This document shows, in pieces, positions 53,580 to 64,000 of a stretch of 64,000 nucleotides of DNA (position 1 is the first letter of the stretch; each line of letters opens with the position of its first letter). The stretch covers positions 27,902,001 through 27,966,000 of the forward strand of contig CM052817.1 of the NCBI GenBank assembly GCA_028534125.1, given 5' to 3'. The notes under the pieces were generated by a model. It saw only the letters and a list, made by a program, of their open reading frames with translations, was not told the DNA's origin and did no database searches. The DNA comes from Lama glama. Its lineage: Eukaryota. The position numbers were made by a program, and so were the translations under genes.

Positions 53580-53750
53580 AGTATGGCTTGGGTTGAATCA
53601 CCGCTTTCCCACTTGTGGCCATCTGCCTCCAGGCAGGCTACTTCACTTCTCTGACTCAGATTCTTCTCATTCATTAGACTGCACTAATATCTCTTTTGTA
53701 GGGCTATTGTGGTGACAAGATTTGCTAACCCAAGTGTCCTGCCTGGTGCA
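53580..53750 (+). mobile_element. MIR SINE
   Basis: aggcaggctacttcacttctctgactcagattcttctcat...gggctattgtggtgac. Confidence 0.55.
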
Positions 53751-56700
53751 TAGCTCAGAGGTGACATCCAAGAAAACTAGTTTGTTTCCTTCCTCTGACA
53801 TTAGATCTCATAGAGGTGTCAACACACGAAGAAGGATGGTCTGCAACCTGCCAATCACCGCACAGCAATGGTGCAGTCCAAGTGGGATATCACTGAGATG
53901 ACTTTCAGCTCCCTTTTGAAATCTCCCTATGGCAAATTTATTTCAGTCTACCCTTTGACCGCTCACACTCAACTCTCCTAGCTGCTACTTCTTCTACATA
54001 AAAGTATCTGGAAACCTGTCTTCCCTTAATTACAGAGAAGATGGCATTATCTCCTCTCATATGAGCTCTTGGTAGATGGTAGGAGGACAAATATTTATAT
54101 AATTCACCTGGACTGTTTTCCTTTATCTCTTGATTTCCATCTCCATCCTGATACAACTCTTGAGCAGAAAATAACCCGAAAGTTACAAACTGACTTCGCA
54201 TTTCTCTTTTCGTATCTATGTTTTCTGCACAGATGACCACATCAATATCTGTTAGACTTTAAGCTCCCATAAAGAATATAAAATTATATATATATAAATG
54301 CAGAGTTACATAAAATAGCCTTATATGCAAATAAGTGCTTCATAAATACTAGGTTGAAAATAAATTATGATAAAGAAAATTTAACGCTATCAACTTAACT
54401 TCTTAGGTATTATTTTTAAAAGCAGATAAATAAACTATGGGGTGAAAAAACCTTAGTTTGCCTACTTAGTTTTAATATCTACTATCAGTTAACTTAAAAT
54501 GTCAAATAACAGGATATATGTAAGAATCTTACACACATTTTTTTTTTAAGCTGTTTTGGTGGTTTGTGGCCCCACCTCATCATCATTTAAAACATGAAAT
54601 ATTTGCAAATTCATGGCCAAATAATGTTTCATTCCTTCTCTATTTTTACACCCTCCAAGTGTTCACACCCTAAAATTACAAATTAACAGAGCATTCCAAG
54701 GACACTGTTAGTAACACATTATGACCATATCAAATATGAACAGTGTTAGCACGTTCTTAAAGAGTGAGTTATGACACCCATAAAAGCAGTGCAGATAAGC
54801 CATTGGGTATTATTTTTTGACAATGTGTTACTGATTCAGTGGAACACTGGACATTCCACATGCCCCTGTGCAACACATATATCAACCACTCCTGTAGCTA
54901 CTGCAGGCGATAGTAAGTTGTAAAGCACATATGCCTGAGAGTAAAGAGAAACTATATTTACATACAGTTGGTCCACTTAGTATTCATTCGCGTCAGGATC
55001 ACTGGCTCTCTTGGACAGTTTTTGACCAAAAAAGTTTGGTGTTTCTAAACTCCCAGGCTCTATTAGAATATAACATTTAAAAACAAATTCATGTAGATCC
55101 AAACCAACATAAAGTACTTTTTTCCAAAATGGGTAAAGGCAGACAGAAGGTGAACTCATTAAAACCATATGGTCAAAGAGGTCTTCTAAAACTGCTTCAT
55201 GGAAGGCAGCCAAGCGAATGCATTTAATCAATACATATTGCTAAATATAACGGAGAGGGAAATTGACAAAAAATGTTCATGCCTGGCTGCTATACAGACA
55301 TGGCCTTTCTAGGGCTGGAGTAGATATAAAACACTGTAATTGAGGAAATGGTCCAATCTCCCAGTAGGGTCATGCCATCTGAAAAAGGTCAAAGGTTACA
55401 AAATGGAAGACGGTCGGAAGAGGAAGTTGCAGCGCTGGGTAAATTGCTCTTGGTCCTGGGATAGAGGTTTGAGATTTGGGATTATGATAGGTTCCATCAG
55501 GCAAATTACTCCTTGTGAGGCATCTAGTCTCATTTTGGGTTCCCTAGAGAGAAGGCAGAGAAGTGTCCAATCTGGGTCCACATCTATCTTCCGTGTTGGG
55601 GTTGGGGGCATGGAGCAAAGAGAAACAAACCCCAGGAAAGGAAGGAAGAGTGAGGTAGGGGATATAATTATATAATTTAAATAGTTTTGTGGATAAAGGC
55701 TTTTACCAAAGCCCTCATAGTAATTATTTGAAACCACCACTGAAAGCCTCCTAAACACTTACTTTGAGCTTGGTAGTAAATATTCTCCAGTGGCGGCAGT
55801 GACTCACACGCAGAAGGAAGCATTCTGGAAGGGCTGGGTGGGCAGACATTCAGTCTATTGCCTTCAATTCAGCCAGGAAGAGGCTGCTCAGAATATACAA
55901 CCGCATTTTTGAAAGTAAGCAAATTACCAAATCAACGGTTTGGAGAAAGTCACAACTGGGGCCTGAGAGAAATTCTTACCCAGAACCACAAAGAAAGCTA
56001 ACGTTGGGCCCATTTCCCCAGTGACTTGAGTTAATTAATTAAGGCAGGAATAGAGAGGAATCATTATCTGCTGTGTTTTCTCACTGCAAATCCCAAATGC
56101 ACACCATTTCCATTATTTCCTACATCTATTCAAATAAATCTATGTACCATTGTTGCTGTAAATGAAATCTAGGGTCTTCCGTGAATTTCATAAATACAAG
56201 ATGCCCAAACACCTTCATTTGCTAGAAGAGCAGTCCTCTCTCCGCTGCTCTGTGTCCTGGTGGTGAGTGGGAAAGGAGGTAGGGACAAGTTGGAAAATGT
56301 GGGGGATGCCTCCTAGAATGCTTTTTTTCTGTGATCGAGTCCCCATCATCCCTGGAGAAGAAAGGGTTATTTAAAAACAAAAAGGGAAACAGTTTTGGAT
56401 GTAGAGTGACCTAGGCCAAAATTCAGCACCCCACATGCTCTGTGAACTCAGAGTCTCCATCTGTAACTGAGATAAACACCATCGTCCACGGAGGAGCAGG
56501 GGTGAAGGCATGCAGACACACCGGGGACACAGGTTTCCTAGAAACTGTCAGTTTTATGGTCCTGCCGACTCATCAGAGACACAAAGAAGTCCCCAAGCAT
56601 GGCCCACTCCCCTCAGAAATGCCAACAAGCCGGGGGGAGTCGGCAGCAGGGCAGGCTGGTTAGAAAGCCTTTATCTATAATTCTAGGTCTCATAGGGGTT

Positions 56701-57909
56701 CTTAGGAGAGTTCAGATGTTCAGCCAAAAACAGAGATACAGAATATTCAGGCTTCCAGGGAGGAAGAATTTCTCAAAATAAACACTATGAATTTGTGAAC
56801 AACTTTACTTTCTGCACACAAGCCAAGATTACTGAATTTTGTTTAAGAAAAGGGGACACATTCAGTTTTTATGAGACCAAGCGAAAGGTTTGATGGAACT
56901 TTTTCAACCACATACTTTGGCCTGTGGCAGACATCATCTTAAATCAGAGGAAAAGAGAACAGATTATTTGTTTATATGTTATTTTCATTTTTTGGTAATG
57001 TTTGCATTTTTTACAAATCCATTTCTCTCAAATGTAACAAAGTTGGCTTCCTTCACTGAGAGCTACTTGAAGCAAGCCGTGCGCCAGACAGTATCTGAAC
57101 AGTCATCCTGAAATGGGACGTTATAACAACACAGCTTTGCTTTTGATAGGGACACATTAACACCTTTAAAGTTAAACTAAGATCTTAAACATTTTCAGGC
57201 CAAAAACGCTGAAGGAGCTTTGCTAATGGTAAAAGAGAATTCACAATGCTGAAGTTCCAAAGCTGGCAGTGGAGGAAAACTCAGTGTGGTTTAAAATCTG
57301 CCTGATCTATTTTTCAAAGCAATACACAATGCAATGTATTAGACTCACGGGACATATCAAGACAAAGTAGCCTCAATTCTTTTTTCCCCCCTCCTTTTCT
57401 GGAGTCAAGTCAACAACTTGCTTATTCTGGATTTCTTTCAAGGGCTATTCAACAGTGGCTGGATCCCCAAACAGTGAGGTTTGTCTGCAGAATACATATA
57501 AGTCGAGCTAAAAAGGGTACAGATGACAACTTCACCATTTATGTCATGAATGCCTGGAAGTTAGATCTGAAGCTTCCATGGTGTTAGAAAATCAAATTTA
57601 GCTAGGAAAAAAAAAAAAAAAAAAGAGGAATCCCATAAAGAGGTTTCCTTTACCATGGTGTTGAAAAATGTATATTCATATGCTTGTTAATATCAAATGT
57701 GGTTAACAATTCATTTTCTGTAAAATATGTGAGTGAGGGAAAAACACTGGTATCCATGATTAGACCTGGCTGGCTCAGGTTCATATTCTCAATTAAGCAG
57801 AGAAATTTAAGTAGTGAGAAGGGCGGCTGTTTAAAAAATCACCTCTTACAGCAGCTGGCAATGAGGAACTCCCCTACTCCCAGGAATTATAACGATAAAA
57901 GAAATAATA

Positions 57910-58050
57910 ATGATGACCACGATAATGGTCCATATTTCTTAAGTGCTTACATGCCAGACATTGTACTTAAAAGGTACTGTTTTGCTTAATCCTCACAGCA
58001 GCATCCTAGAGGCGGGTATTATTATTACTCCTGCTTTATAAGAGATTTAT
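57910..58050 (-). mobile_element. MIR SINE fragment
   Basis: aagtgcttacatgccagacattgtact...ttaatcctcacagcagcatcctagaggcgggtattattattac. Confidence 0.7.
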
Positions 58051-61000
58051 AAGAGTCGCTGGCAATGGAGTCCCAGAAAAATCTCATTGCTTAGACTCTG
58101 GAATCTGATGACTTGGATCTATCTTCCAGGGCCACTTAGCGCTCAAGCTGAAGTTACCTTTCAAGACTGGGCATGATAGTACCTGCCTGCTAATGTTTTT
58201 TGGTGAAAATGGGATTATTCCTGCAAAATCCTTGGTCCAGTACTGAGCACAAAAAATAAGCATGTCAGAAACCCCAGCTAGTGTTTTCCTCATGACTACA
58301 ACAGCAACGCGCAGAACCCCGCGGGGGCAGCAGGGTTCCCCTCCCACAGACAGTCAGAAAGCCGCATTCTCCTGTGGGATCCCTCCTCTGCTTCCCACAC
58401 GTCAGAGGCTGACTCCTGACCAGGCTAAAGTGGAATCTTTACAGAAACAGAAACTGAAAAACCTGTGCCCAGATGATCAGAGGGAGAGGTGGGCACGGCT
58501 TCTCAGGAGTTAAACTTGGGAACACTGGAAGCCCTTTGACGTTGAGTGGAGGAAAATTCATTTCTCCAAGTTCCTCACATACATATTCAACCATCATTCC
58601 TGCTGATTCAATAAATAAATAAAATAGTCAATGGTTTTCCTCTCTGCACTCTTCTGTTTCCTAGGGAAGCCAGAGAGTAGAACAGAGGAGAGAAAAACAA
58701 GAAGAACAAAGCATAGATCCAGCCATACCTCCTAGGACAGACCCCACAACTCTCCACAGAAAAGCAACACGAGGAGAGACCAAGGCGAAGAGTGTGTCAT
58801 GTGAGACTAGAGAAAGATCATTCTGGCACCTACAGAGTTAATGGCATAAGAAATTATGGTTCCTCCCTCCCACCCTAGACTTGACAGATGAGGGTGGTAA
58901 AATCCTGAGCTACCTCAATGAAACATGCCTTCAATTTTATTCTTCCTTTTTAGAAGAAAGGTAGACCATATCTATTAAAAAAAAAAAAAAAACTCTGGGT
59001 CACCTGAAAGTATTTCCAGAGATTCTCAGAGTTGGTACACTATGGAGGATTTAATAATAGAACCATCACACTCCTTAGTATAACGTAAACCCAGTCCTTC
59101 CAGAATTGTTTTAATGCATTTTGAAAGACGTTAATTAGACACCGGAAGCTAAAGATAGGCCACGCAAGAGGTTCCCTAGTTCTTAGACCCAGTTTTAGAT
59201 GTTTGCAGTTTAACAGACATATTTTGAACAAATAATTGCATGGCCAACTGTAGATATAAAAGAGATGCTGGAAGAATCTGGATATAGGTTATTAAGTGGA
59301 AGGGGTTTCTGGGGTATTTCCTGGGCACTGCTATAGCATTAGGGAAGAAGTACAAACTATTCTTCAGTCTCCAGGAATTTGAAATCCCTGCCTTTGCAGA
59401 CCCTTAAGGAAATGTCTCATACCAAGAACATAATTAGGACCCCTATTAAAGAGGTTCGAAGTAGCACGATAAAAAATTATACAAGTTACCTAAATTATCT
59501 ACTTATTACAAATATCTAGTAGATTTTGATCAAGTTTAGATGACTCTTAAAGATGTTTATCCAAGAAAGTCTTACTTTCTAAATGAAAAAAAAATATGAT
59601 CAAGCTTTTTAAGAAACTCCTTTGTGGACACTGTCAACACCTGGCAATGGCTGGGCAGGTAACTGGGTGAGGACACCCGGCGTTGCTCTCAGGCATCAGT
59701 GGGCAGGGGAGGCTGCTCGGGCTATGAAAGAAGCTGGGAACAGAAAAGCTGGAGGCAGAAAAGCCCGTTGGATTTCTGAATTACAACTGCAGAGTGAGAC
59801 CTCTACATAGACCATTTTCCTACAAAATCTCGCAACATCTCCATTTTATACGTGCCATGCCCTGGCTAACCATACCAATGCCAAGAGGGAACATTAGCCT
59901 CACTTTACAGGCAGCAAAAGCAGCTCAGAGAAGTCTTCTCATATCAGTTTGCTCAGGGTCCCCCATCCAGGTAGAGCCAAACTGTGCCCTTAACCACTGC
60001 TATCACACAAGTAATCTGAGTACATTCATTAAAATTGTCACTTGACAATAATTTACACATCCACAATTTATTTCCTATTATATGATTCCCTACGACGCTA
60101 TGTATCTAAGTTTATTACCTAGATGTTAATGACTCTGTGCTGATGGAAGGGTAATCCCATTTTTAATTATTATCAGTACAATGTAAATACATAGGATGCT
60201 CCTTTTTTCCATGGCAATGAAAAAAAAAAAGATTTACCCACAGTCATTCTAATGATTTGCCTGAAATCTCAGGCTTGGGTTGCAGGACACAAGATCTGAA
60301 GGAGCTATGATGCAACGTGATGTTTCCTTCCCTGTGGGGCAGCAAATGAGTTCCCCACAGCAGATCCGACCCCAGGCGGCCAGAGCTGTAAAGTCACCAC
60401 TTAACTCCCTGGGAGAAAACCTTCTGCAGACAGCAAGACGACCCGTGGCAGTCTGGAGCTGGACGAATCAGTTAACGCGTTCAGCCCCAGGGGCTGCCTG
60501 TGACCTTCTACACCCAACCGGCGAATGAATTGCTAAGGACATTTCTAATCACTTTGCTTTTTATCAGATGTGATTGACTACTGCCAAATTTAAACTTTTT
60601 TTTTAAAGGAAACTCTTAATTAAAAATAATTCAGTGCCTCACTTCTCAAGCATTTATGGAGTACTAACCATGTGGGAGTGAGAGAGAATGGCAAACCACA
60701 ACAGTCAGATGGGGTCCCTGCATGCATTGAAACTATTCCCTTGAGACTCTTGTGTTTGCTCCTGTAGAAACAAGTAGAGCAAGTATCCTTGAGGTGTTTA
60801 TTGCTTCTGCGTTACCATCTTGGAAACTTCAAAATGAATATAATTGCCGCTGTCTTAACAACACATGATTCACTACATAGAACATCCTGGGCATTTCGGT
60901 TTTCTCTTTTCATTTGATACATTACTATTTACATCACTTGATACTTAAAATCAAGAAATGTGTTTATCCAAGAGTGGGAGAGAAACAATGAAACTGATGA

Positions 61001-61584
61001 AAACAAAAGAAGCAATGCCAGCACAGCCTACACAAGGTGGAAGCCTGGATACTGATGCAAGGATCACACATCAAATCACACGCGACTTGCCGTGCTTCTG
61101 CCTCAGCGTCACTGGCCCCACTTCTGATTTCCCTCGAGTGTCAGACACCCGCGCACCACCTGTACCCAGGACGCTGACAAGGGCCTAACGGGCTGCAGGG
61201 GTTATGCAGGTGCTTACAACGCTAAGGTTTCTGAAACATGGTGAGCAACTGGAACCCAGCTCTGGAACCCCCTCTGATGGCTCCTTCTCCAGGGACCCCT
61301 GGGATTGGTCTCCCTGAATGTCACACCACATCGCTGGCACTGGTGCCCCCATTTCCTCCATCTTAACTCTTATCCTTGTCCCGTGCCTGCACCCCATGCC
61401 TCCCCATCCCTCCAACTTGCCTATGGACAACGGCTTCTATGCTTCACACCTCTTGCTCCCCTGGCCTATGGAGGCAAATTCTCAAACCTGACCCAGCTTT
61501 CTCCACAGTTGACCTGAGTCACCTTTCCAGTGTTAACCCCCTCTGTCATTTCTTTACTGGTGCCTTATAAATACTGTGCCACCA

Positions 61585-61923
61585 TTAAGATGAATTATGT
61601 AGCTTCATATATACCATTACAAAACAATGGCTAAGATATAGTAAGTGAGAAAAGCACAGTACAGTATAAAGCAGTGTGGACAGCATGCTGTAATTTCTGT
61701 TTAACAACAAAGAACGTGTCCACAGATGTGCACACGTACCCCTCAGATATGGCAGAATATCTATGGATGCACACACAAGACTGGAACCAGTGGCTGTCCC
61801 TAGAGAGGGAAACTGGTAGCTTGGGTATACAGGAGGTGGGAGGGTCATTTTTTACCACCTATGCGTTCCCTTTTTGTAACTTTAAAATTTTACATTCTGT
61901 GTCTATATGCATCCAAACAAAAC
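61585..61923 (+). mobile_element. Old L1 (L1ME-like) 3'UTR fragment
   Basis: aagatatagtaagtgagaaaagca...gactggaaccagtggctgtccctagagaggg. Confidence 0.55.
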
Positions 61924-62023
61924 NNNNNNNNNNNNNNNNNNNNNNNNNNNNNNNNNNNNNNNNNNNNNNNNNNNNNNNNNNNNNNNNNNNNNNNNNNNNN
62001 NNNNNNNNNNNNNNNNNNNNNNN
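61924..62023. other. Assembly gap (100 N)
   Basis: Run of exactly 100 N. Confidence 1.
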
Positions 62024-62682
62024 GTTCTGTCTTCCACCTTAAATTACACATAGTCACCTTTCCTTTAGAATATTTGCAGGTCATTTGATCTACATTTTTT
62101 TGGTTAACTTTTATTTTACACTATACTCCTAACAAATCTTTCCCCCTTTCCCAGATATAGTATCATGTGATCACAGTCATGAAAAAAAGACATCCTAGGA
62201 ATTTATATTTCAGCCCAAAAGTTAGGATATTCAAACAACAACAACAACAACTCTACTATTGGTTACATGGTGTCACTCAATAGTTTAAACATTTTTTTTT
62301 AAAGAAGCAAAATATTAACAATGAAAGCTAATGCAGTGATTAAATGCTTATTATATAAAATGCTCAGGTAGATACAAATAAGTTGCAGTCACTCAGTAAC
62401 CTCCTGACATAATGCTTTTGTAAAGCAGCTTTTCTGTTTCACAACATTAAGCAAATCATGTAGCAATTTCTTTGAGCTGTCACAGATACAAAGCTAAAAT
62501 CTATTTACATTAAGGGTTCAAAATAGTACAGATTATGTTCCAGCAGAACAATAGTAATAAGATATTTTTAACCTCAGGAAAAAAAAATACTCCACAGCTA
62601 TCTGAATATAAAATAAAATACTATAAGATAATTAAGTTATTAAAGATCTTAAATTTTTTTAATAAAAGATCATCTTACTTAC

Positions 62683-62747
62683 ATCAAGAGAGCCTTCATT
62701 TATAACAATCATTCCCATGTTCTTCCTCAAAAGTTTGCAGGAATGTC
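62683..62747 (-). CDS. ATP8A1: ATP8A1 exon, 65 bp: (G)HSCKLLRKNMGMIVINEGSLD
   Basis: Acceptor catag|GACATTCC, donor GAT|gtaagt; read by hand, absent from ORF track; ends phase 0. Confidence 0.95.
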
Positions 62748-63359
62748 CTATGTCCAAACAGAGTAAATTGATATAATTAATTTCTCTAGAGAGAAGAGGT
62801 GAAAAAGTTAAAGTAATAATACTAAAAAGTCTAAATTTTATTTAATTTTACCCATTTTATTTGATAAAATTAAAATTTTATTTATTAATTTTTTTAAGGA
62901 GTGATGGCAGTCAGCTGTTTTCCTGGTTTGCAGGAAGTTTAAAAAAGAAATACTCTTGCTGGTTGTAAAAGGGATAAGATACAAGGACCTCACCTGCCTT
63001 TCTAAGACTGTCTTGATAAACCAATACGGAAAGAGATGGGTAATGATTCTCAATGTCCTGAAAACTGATAAATGTGGATGGAATATCCCTCATGATGACC
63101 AACATGAAGAGCAGAAGATGGGCCAGTGGTGCTTTTGGGAGAAAGGGGCAGGGTGGTTGTCTGGTCATCTCTTGGACCACCGATCTCACCCCTATCTCCT
63201 GCCCTTGGACTTTTATGACAACCTCTTCTCTCCTGCCCTCTCCTGCTTTGCTGCACTTGCTGAAGAGCAAAACCACTTGCTGATTAAACCAACTCTGCCT
63301 ACTCTGCACCTGTCCACCTAGAGCTGAACGTGGCTGTAGAAAACCAGGCAACCCCGCTG

Positions 63360-64000
63360 GCCCATCTCACATTTAAAACAATACCATCTACACTCACTCC
63401 CTTTGTGATCTCATTCCTTCCCATGCTTTTAAATACCATCTAAATGCTGACCATTCTAGTACTCATCTCTCCCATTCAGACCTCTCTCCTCAACTCTAGA
63501 CTCACATGCCAGCATCCATTTAACAACAGACACTCAGGTATAAAATAGGCATCTCAGACTTAACACATCTGAAACCAGGCTTCTGCCCTCCCCCTAGAAA
63601 CCCCACTCCTCCTCTAGTCTTCCTCATTTTGGTTAATGGCAACTCCATCCTTCAGTGGCTGAGGCTAAAAGACTTTGAAGCTGCCCTTGAATCCTTTCTG
63701 TCTCTCATACCCAACATTTAGTCTATCAATCAATCAATCCTGTTGGCTCTACCCTCAAAATACATGCAGAACTCAACTAATTCTTACTTCTACTGTTACC
63801 ACCAGGTCCAAGCCACCACCACATCTCACCTGGATTCACAGAATAGCCTCTGGCTTTCCTGATTCAACACTTGCTTCCCTTTGAGTCCACTCTCAGTCTA
63901 GCAGCCAGATTCATACATGCAGTTTTTTTGCTTTTTTTTTTTTTTTAAACAGGAAAGTCAGATCAAGTTTTTCTTCTGCTTAGTTCAATACCATTCAGTG
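63360..64000 (+). mobile_element. L2 LINE fragment
   Basis: tttaaataccatctaaatgctgac...aggcatctcagacttaacacatctgaaacc...caatcctgttggctctaccctcaaaata. Confidence 0.8.

Larger units (their letters stand above)
8016..62747 (-). other. ATP8A1: ATP8A1 gene body (partial): 10 internal coding exons, probably exons ~24-33 by human numbering; gene continues beyond both window edges
   Basis: Spliced exons give one uninterrupted frame GHSCKLLRKN...[14 protein letters not shown]...CFYKNIVLY...PMAPDMSGE matching ATP8A1 as I recall it; exon numbering is inferred. Confidence 0.95.

Noticed and set aside
1..64000. CRISPR arrays, operons, defence systems, NUMTs or processed pseudogenes
   Set aside because: Eukaryotic intron-exon DNA; no spaced repeat arrays, and no mitochondrial or retrocopy sequence recognised

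Overview
Mammalian genomic DNA, most likely a camelid (four tRNA-Ala-derived vic-1-type SINEs; no Alu, B1 or Bov-A/BovB recognised). The whole window lies inside one minus-strand gene, the P4-ATPase phospholipid flippase ATP8A1. Ten internal coding exons (1037 bp, all GT-AG, phases mutually consistent, no stops) run from 62747 down to 8016. They encode the end of the cytoplasmic loop, the P-domain GDGAND motif and TM5 to about TM9. Start and stop codons lie outside the window. The rest is intron with L1, L2, MIR, DNA-transposon fossils, one solo ERV LTR, microsatellites and a 100-N assembly gap. I found no convincing novel biological system. The best second-look items are a twin-primed 5'-inverted L1, a GC hairpin overlapping the donor of a 90-nt intron, a sense-oriented solo LTR and a weak poison-exon candidate. 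Repeat family names are from memory of consensus sequences, and the boundaries of old repeats are approximate.
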